A stretch of 64,000 nt of DNA from Nageia nagi. Its lineage: Eukaryota > Plantae > Pinophyta. Both the position numbers and the translations under genes were made by a program. The notes under the pieces were generated by a model. That model was given only the letters and a program-made list of their open reading frames with translations, was not told the origin of the DNA and did no database searches. The stretch's first letter is position 1. Every line of letters begins with the position of its first letter. Below are positions 40,041 to 50,800 of the stretch, one piece after another. Location: contig JBITNC010000001.1 in assembly GCA_050084985.1 (NCBI GenBank), positions 139,748,001 to 139,812,000 on the forward strand. The letters run 5' to 3'.

Positions 40041-40335
40041 TTGTACAATGAGTTTCTCACGCAGAGCAAACTCACCATGGAGGTATAGAATGTACAACAA
40101 GTTCATCACGTAGAACGAACTTACCACTGAGGTATATTAATTACATGCTCAAAATTTGTACAATAAGTTTCTCACGCAGAGCAAACTCACCACGGAGGTA
40201 TAAAATGTACAACAAGTTTGTCACGCAGAGCAAACTTACCACTGAGGTATAAAATAATCAACACTCTATAACAAAAATTGTACAACAAGTTTGTCACGCA
40301 GAGCAAACTTACCACAGAGGTCTAGAATGTACAAT
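40041..40335. repeat. Array of five ~49-bp repeats between pol and the PPT
   Basis: Unit tgtacaa(c/t)aagtt..tcacgcagagcaaact.accac.gaggtata.aa, arranged 2+2+1 with short spacers. Confidence 0.92.
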
Positions 40336-40380
40336 CAAAAAAGGCCTCTTAGAGGTGAAGTTGTCATCACTAACAAAAGT

Positions 40381-43300
40381 TTAAACTTCACTCCCCCTTG
40401 AGGGCAACTTCACCAACCCGAGAGAATCCCTAAGATTGCAGAACTAAGCTTCAGGAAGGGGCTTGGTGAACAAATCAGTGGAGTTTTCAATAGATGGACA
40501 ATACTGCAAGTGTATGATGTCATCTAGAACCTTCTCCCTGATAAAATGAGCTTGGATTTCTACATGTTTGGTTCGATGATGGAACACAGGATTCTTAGCC
40601 AAAGAGATAGCCGATTGATTGTCTGACGAAATAAGAGATGGGCCATTTTGCGTATACCCAATTTCATTCAGAAGATGTCTTAGCCAAATAGCTTCTTGGG
40701 CGGCAATAGACATGGCTCGATATTTGGCTTCGGTGGTAGAAAGAGTCACAGTAGGTTGCTTCTTGGAAGCCCAAGAGATAGCACCTGAACCAATGCTAAA
40801 CACATATGCAGAGGTTGATTTTCTATCATCTCTATCTCCCCCATAATCAGAATCTGAGAACCCTGAGAGAACAATTGAGGGCACTTTGGAATACTTAAGA
40901 GCAAGATCCTTTGTCCCTGCGACATACCTCAAGATTTGCTTAACAACATTGAGGTGTTCAACATATGGTTTTTGCATGAATCGTGCCATCAGATTCACTG
41001 TAAAGGCAATATCAAGATGAGAGATAGTCAGATACAGAAGACTACTAATCAATTGTCTATAAGCTGTAGCATCAGCCAACTAAGAATCTGAGCTCAGTGA
41101 TACAACGATTCTAGGAGAAATAGGTATTGCAGCATATTTACACTCCTCCATTCCAAACTTTTGCAAGATGTCTGAGATATACTTAGATTGACTAAGATAA
41201 GTACAATCTTTGTGTTGGTATACTTGCATCCCAAGATAGTAATGCAATGGACCTAGATCAGTCATTTCAAATGTTGCCTTGAGTTTGGAGATGCACTCTT
41301 GGATGATTTCAATATTATTGCCTGTGATGAGAAGATCATCCACATAAAGGAGAATTATGACCACGTATTTTCCTTGATTGAGTACATATAGATCTGAATC
41401 TGAGAAGCACTTGGAAAAACCAATATCTGCAAAGAATCCTAAAATTTTCTTGTACCATGCTCTAGGTGCTTGCTTAAGTCCATACAAAGACTTCTTTAGC
41501 TTACACACAAGAGTCTCTTTTCCTTCTGGAATAAATCCTGCTAGTTGATTCATGTAGATTTCAACATCCAAGTCCCCATTGAGAAATTCACTTTTGACAT
41601 CAAGTTGAAAAGCTTTCCATCCTTGAGCTGCAGAAAGAGCAAGAATTATTCTGATAGTAGGCATCTTGGCCACAGGAGCAAAGGTTTCCTCATAATCAAT
41701 ACCATATTTTTGAGCGAATCCTTTGGCTACTAACCTTGCCTTGTATTTTTCAATTTTTCCATCAGAATTGTACTTGACCTTGTATATCCATTTATTGCCT
41801 ATCACATTTTTCTCATTGGGATAAGGAACCAAATCCCAAGTTTCATTTTTCATGAGCGCATCATACTCAACTTTCATAGCTTCCATCCAACACTCTTGCT
41901 TGGAAGCTTCTTTGAAGGTTGATGGCTCATGCATATTATCAATTTTGGCAAATAAGGATTTATTCAAGGTCATACTTCTTGTAATTCTCTGTGCTGGAGA
42001 ATTTTGCTCTTGTGGTGACTTCTCTACATGCTCATCCAACCAGTTAGGTGCAGGCGAAGAATCATTTGTATCAGACACTTCAGCATGAGAGGTCGTATCC
42101 TTAGAAAGTTCATTGAACTTAACATCCCTAGACACAAAGACTATTTTATGGGATGAAGAGTAGAGCCTGTAACCTCTATGCTGATTATCATACCCCACAA
42201 AGATGCATTTTTCTGATCGTTTATCTAGCTTCTTTCTTTTCTCTGAGGTAATGAAGGCAAATGCATCACAACCGAAGACCCTGAAGTGTGAGAGGTTAGG
42301 TTTCTTTCCTGTCCATGCTTCATATGGAGTTTTACCTTCAACTGCCTTAGTAGGACACCTATTTAGGGTGTGAATAGCAGTGTGAACAGCTTCGCCCCAT
42401 AAGAAACTAGGAAGGTTACCCAACATGCATCTTGCCATTTCCATAATGGTGCGATTCTTCCTTTCAGCAACTCCATTTTGCTGAGGGGTGTAAGGGATTG
42501 TGAATTGTCGCTTAATCCCGTGTTTAACACAAAAGTCGTTAAACTCATTGCTATTATATTCACCCCCATTGTCAGATCTCAGCATTTTGATCTTAAAATC
42601 AGTTTGATTTTCAATAAGTTCCTTGAAGTCTTGAAACCTGTCAAAAGTTTGATCCTTGTGCTCAAGTAGATAACCAAATGTCATCCTACTGAAGTCATCA
42701 ATGAAGGTCAGAACATAAGAAGCTCCACCTAGTGACTTAGTCTGAAAAGGACCCATCAAATCTGAATGCACAAGCTGAAGAGGACAAGTAGCCCGAGTTG
42801 CCTTATCTTTTTAAAACTTTTGCCTATGCATCTTTCCTAGAATGCACCTTTCACAAAGACCAACTGTGGGTGAAATATTAGGTAAACCTTCCACAAGTTC
42901 TTGAGTTTTCATAGCTTGAATACTCTTGTGGTTAAGGTGTCCTAATTGTTGATGCCAAAGATTACCTTTTGAACAAACATTTGTACCAAGACAAATCTTT
43001 GAAGGTACTTGATCCACAATATAAAGGTCATTCTTTACTGATCCTTTCATCAAAGTGGCAAGTCCTTTCTTAACACACCAAGAGTGTGAGGTAAACTCAA
43101 ATGAGCATCCTTTCCTTGTAATCTGAATCACGGAGATGAGATTCATCCTTAGTTTAGGCACATAAAAGACATTATCAAGAGTCTTTCCATGAATCTTCAC
43201 ACTTCCTATTCCGTGAACATCAAGGACTGTATTATCACCTATCACAACTGCATCCTTTTTGTACTTATGAAAGTTTTCAAACTTATCCTTTTCATAACAC

Positions 43301-44334
43301 ATGTAATTAGTGCATCCTGTATCAATAATCCAATCATTTGAAATAGTTTGAGTCATTGAGTAGTAGGCAATAGAAGCAGCATGCTTGTTCTTCTTTTTAT
43401 TATTGAAATTTCTCATATTTGCATTTCCCTTTCCTTTTTGAGCAAATTTCTTTTTGCGACAATCATACTCTTTGTGCCCAAAGATGCCACAGAAGTTACA
43501 ATTCCCATCAAACTTTTCGTGAGGTGTTGGATTGCTTGATCCTGCTTTATCATTCCTGTGCCTGTAGTTGCCATGATTGTTGTTGTTGTTGCCCTTTTTG
43601 TCATACTTCCTGAAGGTAGATGAGGACTTGTTGTCTTTGAATTTGTAATGTTTGAACTTTTTCTTGAAAGGAGTTTTGGTTGCTCCTAGAGCAATGCTAT
43701 TGTCCTTTGGAGAAAGGTTCAACATTTTCTTGTTCAAAGTTTCCTCATGCTTTAGAAGAAGTCTAGAAAGGTTATCAAGTGAGATGACATCTTCTTCATC
43801 ATCGAGCCTTGTTTCCATAACTGTGACAAAGTTGCTGAACTTTGTAGTAAGGCTTTGTAGAATGATGAAGACCATGAACTCATCATTGATCCAGTTGCAC
43901 CCACAACCAATCAGTTGTGTCCTAAGGTCAATGATTTTGTTTAAGTAGATGGAGGCACTTTCATCTTCACTTTGTCGATACTGCAACAAATTTTGTAGAA
44001 TGGTAAACCTCCTTGAAAATTTGGACCCAAGGTAAATTTTCTTTAACCTATCCCAAGCTTCCTTTGCTGAAGTTGATGAAGAAATCATGAGAAGGACATC
44101 ATCTGAAACTGCACGGTAAATCATAGAAGTTGCTAACTCATTCTTTGAGTTGTATACTTCAAGAGCCTTCTCATCGGTAGGAGCAACCGCATCTTCACTA
44201 ACTGTCTGCCAAAGCTTTCTTGCTTGTAACTCAGCTTTCATATGTGGTTCCCATATTCCAAAGTTGGAACCATCGAGTATGTGCTTGGGAACGAAGGTTT
44301 CAACCATTGCTACAAAAAACAAATGAATATGCAA
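40381..44334 (-). pseudogene. Copia gag-pol polyprotein, one reading frame with three premature stops
   Basis: The ORF-track pieces 42811-44334, 41080-42771 and 40444-41079 share one frame. Motifs: CNFCGIFGHKEYDC knuckle, WIIDTGC protease, HSDLMGP/LRSDNGGEY/QQNGVAER integrase, YVDD RT, SDSDYG/TKHVE/DLFTK RNase H. Stops at 42811-13, 41080-82 and 40444-46; the natural stop is at 40381-83. First ATG at ~44308. Confidence 0.93.
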
Positions 44335-45092
44335 TAAGAATGTAAACTTTTACAATTTTTCCATCTATACATATAAAACATCTAATAAGCAAACATGTCC
44401 CACATGTGTAAACTCATTAACCACGATCCATAGAAGGATAAAGTTGGGGTTGTTTTCTTGTATAGAATTAGGCCTTCACCTAGATGCCCGCAAGGTGGAG
44501 CCCAGGTACTACCAGTCCTCAACCAGTTCACCTTGGTCAATGATATACTCTCACAAGGAGAAGTACCTACTATTTTCCAAGGATCCGACGTATCTTGGAC
44601 CGGCCATTTTAATTATCTTGATTAAGGGTTTCAATTTTCCTCCTAGGTTATCAAGATAATCCCTGAATGGACGTGCAGACATGTGGTATCACTACACACA
44701 TGCCTGTCCACCTAATAGAGTTATGTCCAATCCAATAGAGGTCTTAGGGGCAATTAAGACGGACTTACCACCACTTGGTTCTTCGGACTAAAAGGGCTCC
44801 AGTCTGCCCTGTCCTCACCTCATGGCTCCCCAAACAAGTCATGTTGTGGAAAATACGTGCAGATGTATTCATTTTAGGGGTTACTTTCCAAATTTTTGCG
44901 TATTGCAAGTATAAGCAAATGTGCAAAAAATATAAAGTAAATGAAAATACTCCATCCACACAAACTTGAAACCTTAAGAGGCCAAAAATTGAGTCCAATG
45001 GGTTTTGTTCTAACCCCTAAAGGACTTTTACATTGTTCATATTTTTCTCAATTTATTCAAGCACTTAATGAATTAAACAAAGAACTAAGTCC

Positions 45093-45236
45093 TACTTAGT
45101 ATTTAATTCATAACATGCATTGTATCATGACTTAAAAATTTAAGTAAGCATGCATTAAAAATTTAAGTCCTAAGCATACTTAGTATTTAATTCATAACAT
45201 GCGTTGTATCATGACTTAAAAATTTAAGTAAGCATG
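45093..45236. repeat. Tandem duplication with 84-bp period in the Copia leader
   Basis: 'tacttagtatttaattcataacatgc.ttgtatcatgacttaaaaatttaagtaagcatg' at 45093 and 45177. Confidence 0.9.
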
Positions 45237-47391
45237 TTTTATTCTTCAAACAAGATACATGCATCATAAGTCTAGCATGCAACATCTAGATAAAATTTAA
45301 GTAAAAATTTATACTAATGCCCCCCTTTTTACTTAAAGTGTTATCCCTTGTAACTATGCTTAGAGATTGCATATGCACTTAAATTAAACATGCAATGTGG
45401 AGGAGAATATTAGAAATAGTCTAAGTACTCCTAAGGGCATTTAATGGGAGCAATTGAATTGGAAGCAAGTAAAAAAAATGCCTAAGAAGAATAAGTGTGC
45501 AAGTGGTAATAGGAGACCCATACCCCAATTTTTAATGCTTCTCCTATTTTAAGCACTAAAAAAATACTCCTAAGTCAATAAACAATTAAAGGCTTTGTGG
45601 TTGGAAAATATGAACCCCCATGTTTCTTCCACCAAGAAAAGCATACATTGCTTTGGGAAGAACAAAAATGCAAGGAGTCAACTAAATGAACTTAATGCAT
45701 TTAAGTGCATGAAAAAGACTAAGAAGACTTGCAAGAAGGTGGCAGCCATCAACCTTGACCGTGTGAAGGAGGATGACCTGCATGAAGGCATTTAGAGGAT
45801 AGCCTATGGAGGTGTTGGGGAGGAAGAGGAAGGAGAGTGCAGGAGCATTTTGCTCATGGTGCAGAGTGGCAACACGAGGAGTTGAGCTGTATGCGTGTGG
45901 TACAGAGTCTGAGCAACGTGGGGGCGAGGAGAAGTGGAGGAGGCTGCGTGGAAGGCCGTGCAAAGGTTACAAAGTTTGGCTTTACGTGTGACAATTTTGC
46001 GTACAAAGCTCTCGAGCCTATTCAGGAAAGCCATTTTATGCACATCCTACGATCATTGCATGCCATGAAACTGTATCTGAACCACGTAGTTAAACAACTC
46101 GCATGGAGAGAGCGCGGGTTGGGAGGAGGCTGCGGCATGCTAGGGAGGAGAAGGGAGAGGGAGGTGGAATACTGCTGGTGTTTGTTGCATGTGGAAAAAT
46201 AGTGTCATTGCCTATCGAGGAAAGCCATGTCTTTGGTAGCCTACAGGACTACTACCATGAGAAGAGGTCTCGTTCAGTCATACAATCGAAAAATTCACGG
46301 TTTGCGATCAGTTCAGTCTGTGCAACAGTGTCTGCATCGTGCATCTTGTCAAGCAAGTCGTGTGTGTGGTCGGGGGTGGGAGAGATTTGACACGGGGCCG
46401 ACACTGTGGGAGGAGGAGGCAGGCTCCACGCATGGTGGGGGAGGCGGCCATGCGCTGGGAGGTGGCGGAGGAGCGACTGCGCGCGATGAACCCCCTGTTT
46501 TGAATAAAATTGCATTTTTGTTTTAATGTGACCCCCCCCCAATAAAATTTATGATTTCATTTATTTAATTTAATAAATTTTTATCAATGACCCCCAAATG
46601 TAATTTATTTTGAGTTTAAATAAATTTAAAAACACAATAACAAAAAAAAATATATATTTTTGAATATCTTAAACAGATTTAAAATATAAAAATATATATA
46701 AATATTTGTGCTTTTTAAACAAATAAATAAATAAATATATATATATATTTTAACTATATGTTAAACAACAAAAAATAATAAATATTGATCTTTGGAATAT
46801 ATTCTTGTGCCCTTTAAAAAAAATTTGTCCTCCTTTAATTTTTGGAAATGTTGATGCCTTTTGCTTAGGATCATATCAATAACTTACTAATGATAGTATA
46901 TATGAGATATTTCATAACAAGACATTACTACTAACATAAACAAAATGTTAGTATAAATATTGCAATTTTGCATCATATATGGGCATTTAATCAAATAATT
47001 GAACCAACACATACTTTTAAGTTCAATATAACATGAACAACAAATTACAAGTGTTGTATACTAACCCTTTAAAAGAACTATAGCAATTTAAAATTGCAAG
47101 TAACATAGAGGATTAGTAAAAAATTGCAACTTGTTAATCATAACTTAAAAAGGACTAACACATAACAAATAATGTGTTAGTAGCATTATGTAATAATCAA
47201 AATAAATGACCAAATGAGGAGAATCTTTATACCTGCTCTTTAAAATTTGCCTCACCAAGGGGGTGAAAGATGAGGAGTGAAGAAGGATGAACCTCCAAGA
47301 TGTAGCTTCCACACCAAAAGAAGAGCTTCCACAACAAAGAGAGCTTCTACACCAAGAAGGAGAGCTTCCACAACAAGGATCTGATACCAAT

Positions 47392-47881
47392 TGAAGGATT
47401 TGAACTCGATCTAAACAAATCCTCTAGGACCTTAGACTAGGAAACTCAAGTGTACACAAGATAACACAATCACTCAAGATAACACATCAATATAATGTGG
47501 TTCCTCCCTACTTGGGAGTACATCCACAACTAGTTCTCTTATTCTCAAATCTATGTCTCTCTTACAACTATTCTCTAGCTCTCTCCTACACAACCAAGTA
47601 GAGTAATCTTACTCAAAAACTTAGATATGTTTACATGAGGAGAGGCCCTCTATTTATAGGTTGAGAGCACCTCCCTAACCTTCCTTTAACCCAAGGGTAA
47701 GGTTAGGGTTACATTAAATTTATCACCAAACTTCAACCTACCAACTAACTCCTTTGGTAAAGTCAAAGTCTACATATTAAAGAATTCTATTAATCTCTTA
47801 AGGTATCTACATACCCTTAAGTGATTAATTGAATTTACAAGGAGTTTAGATATTCACAATATTTCATTACAAATTCTAACA
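47392..47881 (-). repeat. 5' LTR of the young Copia
   Basis: Adjacent to the PBS; 488/490 identical to the 3' LTR. Confidence 0.97.
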
Positions 47882-50800
47882 CAAAATACCTTGTAACATC
47901 CACAAAGTGACATTAGTCCTTTTTAACTATCACGTTTTAGATTTTACCTCATTTTACTAACAACCATAAGTAAAAATTCAAATTAAAAAGAAAGGAATAT
48001 TTCTTTCCCTTTTCAAAATAGTTTCAAAAATATATTGCAAGGTTTTAACACTCATTTTACTTGCAATGATCCTTTCATCATGCATGATAAGTTCATTTGT
48101 ACACACACACATCCACACATTCATCATTGAAATCAATAATCATGTTTAATAATTATGCCATGCATCTAAATGATCTATGATAGTCATTAGGTATTTTTAG
48201 CAAACCAACACCAATCATTTCCTCACTCTTACCCTTATGTTCCTATCACTAATTCAACCTTAGTTCCTCGGGTCTTTTCTCACACTTTCCATTTCAATTT
48301 AACATGTAACTTGTGTCAACATATCTTGAAGCTAACATAAATTGAAACAAATAAAACATATCACTATTCAAAATTTATCACTTCATAGCATAATTCAAAC
48401 TTAATTTCATTCAAATCCTCAATAATACTCAAGTCTTAATAGTGACATTGGGTGGGTCATTAAATAAAAGCAATAAAAAGGCAACTATAGTGAAGAGTAA
48501 GGTGACATAAATATATTCCTTATAGTAAATTTAAAGCTATTGATGATCAAATATGATACCTTGATAATTTTTGTTCAATATGATATAACTGCAAACAATA
48601 AACTATTTGTAAAACTTAAATAAAATGTCTCTAGAAAAGTCAAGTTTGGCGATAATAATTAGGCCAACATTTCTAAAAAAAGGGTCTATTACTTTTAAGG
48701 AAAAGGTTGGTAAGATAATGCACATGCATGATACTTTATATGTTTTAGGATTGAAGCATACTCTCTTGAGAATTATTCAATTATGTTTAAAGAACTACAT
48801 GGTATTCCTTAAGAATAAGAGCTCTACAATTACAAATGAAATTAATCACCAAGAGTTGCAATTATTCTCATGTCATGAGAATAGAATGTATATGTTAAAA
48901 ATATAGCTAATTGTTGTGAAATTATTGAATAGCATAATTGATCCTACTTGGTTATGGAATAAGATATTTGGATACCTCAATTTCAACTCATTACATGGAT
49001 TGCATAAGCTTGTGAAAGGTATGCCTACATTTACACACCTATCAAATAGTTTGTTATGATTCCAAAGGATAAAAATTCATTACATACCTTATTTTGTTGT
49101 GATTCTTTTTTTGGATAGGTGACTCCAATAGCTTTCCAACTATATATAATATTTCATACTATGTTGGTAGAACACACCCAAAATTCCTAATATCCTAACC
49201 TACACTTTCATAGTCTTGCTCAACAAGCCTCGTGGATTGTTTTACTTCTAGTTTATTTTTGAACCATCTATTATTCTCTATTTTCCCATAGTATTTCACC
49301 ATTGGATAGATATTTTATTTTTGTTACAAAGGTATATAAAAATCCTATATTTTGATAAGAATCAACCAAGTTATAACCTTACAAACTAATCACATAAAGT
49401 AGTTTTATCCTTATCACGAACCTTGCTTTTGTCTCTATCTTGAACCTAGTATTTTAATTATTATCATGATCATAGGAATGAATTTGGTGATGTTAGAAAC
49501 TCAAAAAACCTAAGACTTGGATAAAATTGACCTTTTTTGAGCTGAGAAAACTAGATTTTTCCTAGGTGGCCTATAAAAGGTCCAAAATGCTTCATTTGTG
49601 ATCCAAAAACTTCAAATTATGATTTCCAAATATTCATAGATTAATTTGAAACATGTAAATAATAAATGGAAAGGTATTATCAATATATTTTCAACTATAT
49701 TAGAAAATAATAATTTAAAAGAATTTGATTTCATTTTATAACCTCTAAAATTTTGGGTGTTCTTATCATCCTTGGATCACAATATAAGTCCTAGGTAACT
49801 TAAAATATTGATTTACTATTAGATAAGGTATTTATATTGGGTTGAAATGGAGATTAAAATTGGAAATAAAATTTAGTTGTATATTCTTGTATTTAATGGT
49901 GAACACTTCGAATATTAGAGTATTTGAATGAGAATAATTCTCATCTCTCAAGACCTATGTCTCTTGTTTCATAGGGACATATATAAGTAGATGCAACAAA
50001 TTTTAAACAAATCTCAAATTATGAGAAAAAAGAGCTTTTTAAGACTAGAAAAAAGGATTAAAAATTGCTATTTTCCATATAGAATGGGATAGATATGTCT
50101 ATTTTCCACAAGATTTAGAATGCAAATTTTTAAAAGAAGTATAGGAGACTCTTGAAAGTGACTACAAGGTTCTCCAAGGTAAGAGTAGCTAATATTTAAC
50201 TCTTATGTAGGGATTTGAATATTAAAAAATGAATGAATATGAGAACTAAGTTCTTTGAATAGATATAAGATGTAATGCTATTCTTGCATATGATGAAGCA
50301 CTAGATGATATAGGATAATGGATAGATGTTGAAATATTTCCATAAAGTTTGATCTATTACATTTAATTGATGATCTAGAGACTTATATTATTTCACTTTA
50401 TTGAGTTACTTGGAGGCTTGCATACCTATAATATAAAATAAATGATAATTCTGAAAATCTTCATTAGCATTCCAAAGCAAATTAGACTTAATTTTACTCA
50501 TTGTACTTAGGCTTCTACTTCATAATATTATTAATACTCATTGCTTAAGAAATGTTATGAGCCTTATTTAGTTCATATTTTATAGCTTAAGAAATTATAT
50601 ATAGCACCAAAAATATTATTAATTTTATAGAAAATATGATCACATAGAACAACAATGCTACAAAAAATAAAACCAACAAAAAGCCAACTATAGTGAAAAG
50701 TAAGGTGACACAAATATATTCCAATAAGTTTAAGGATATTGATGATCAAATATGATACCTTGATAGTTTTTTTTCAATATAATATAATTAATAGCAATAA

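Larger units (their letters stand above)
39065..47881 (-). mobile_element. Young full-length Ty1/Copia LTR retrotransposon, 8817 bp
   Basis: 490-bp LTRs at 39065-39554 and 47392-47881, TG...CA, 2 mismatches. TSD CAAAA at 39060-39064 and 47882-47886. PBS tggtatcaga (tRNA-iMet) at 47380-47389, PPT aagggggag at 39555-39563. Domain order gag-PR-INT-RT-RH. Confidence 0.97.
35514..48464. mobile_element. Solo-LTR-like insertion (~4.1 kb once the nested Copia is removed) interrupting the old Copia gag
   Basis: Starts TGTAATGAATCCACC and ends GGGTGGGTCATTA(A)A (imperfect terminal inverted repeat). 5-bp TSD TAAAA at 35509-35513 and 48465-48469. The empty site is visible in the duplicate gag copy at ~50657-50695. 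Confidence 0.7.

Noticed and set aside
40041-40335. Repeat-spacer pattern superficially like a CRISPR array
   Set aside because: Units are mostly adjacent and degenerate, spacers are irregular, there are no cas genes, and the context is a eukaryotic retrotransposon.
40619-43948. Several + strand ORFs overlapping the Copia pol
   Set aside because: Antisense shadows of the gag-pol frame.
45595-46542. Cluster of ORFs as a possible env-like or host gene
   Set aside because: No motifs recognised, ORFs are expected in GC-rich DNA, and the position is upstream of gag; kept only within the leader finding.
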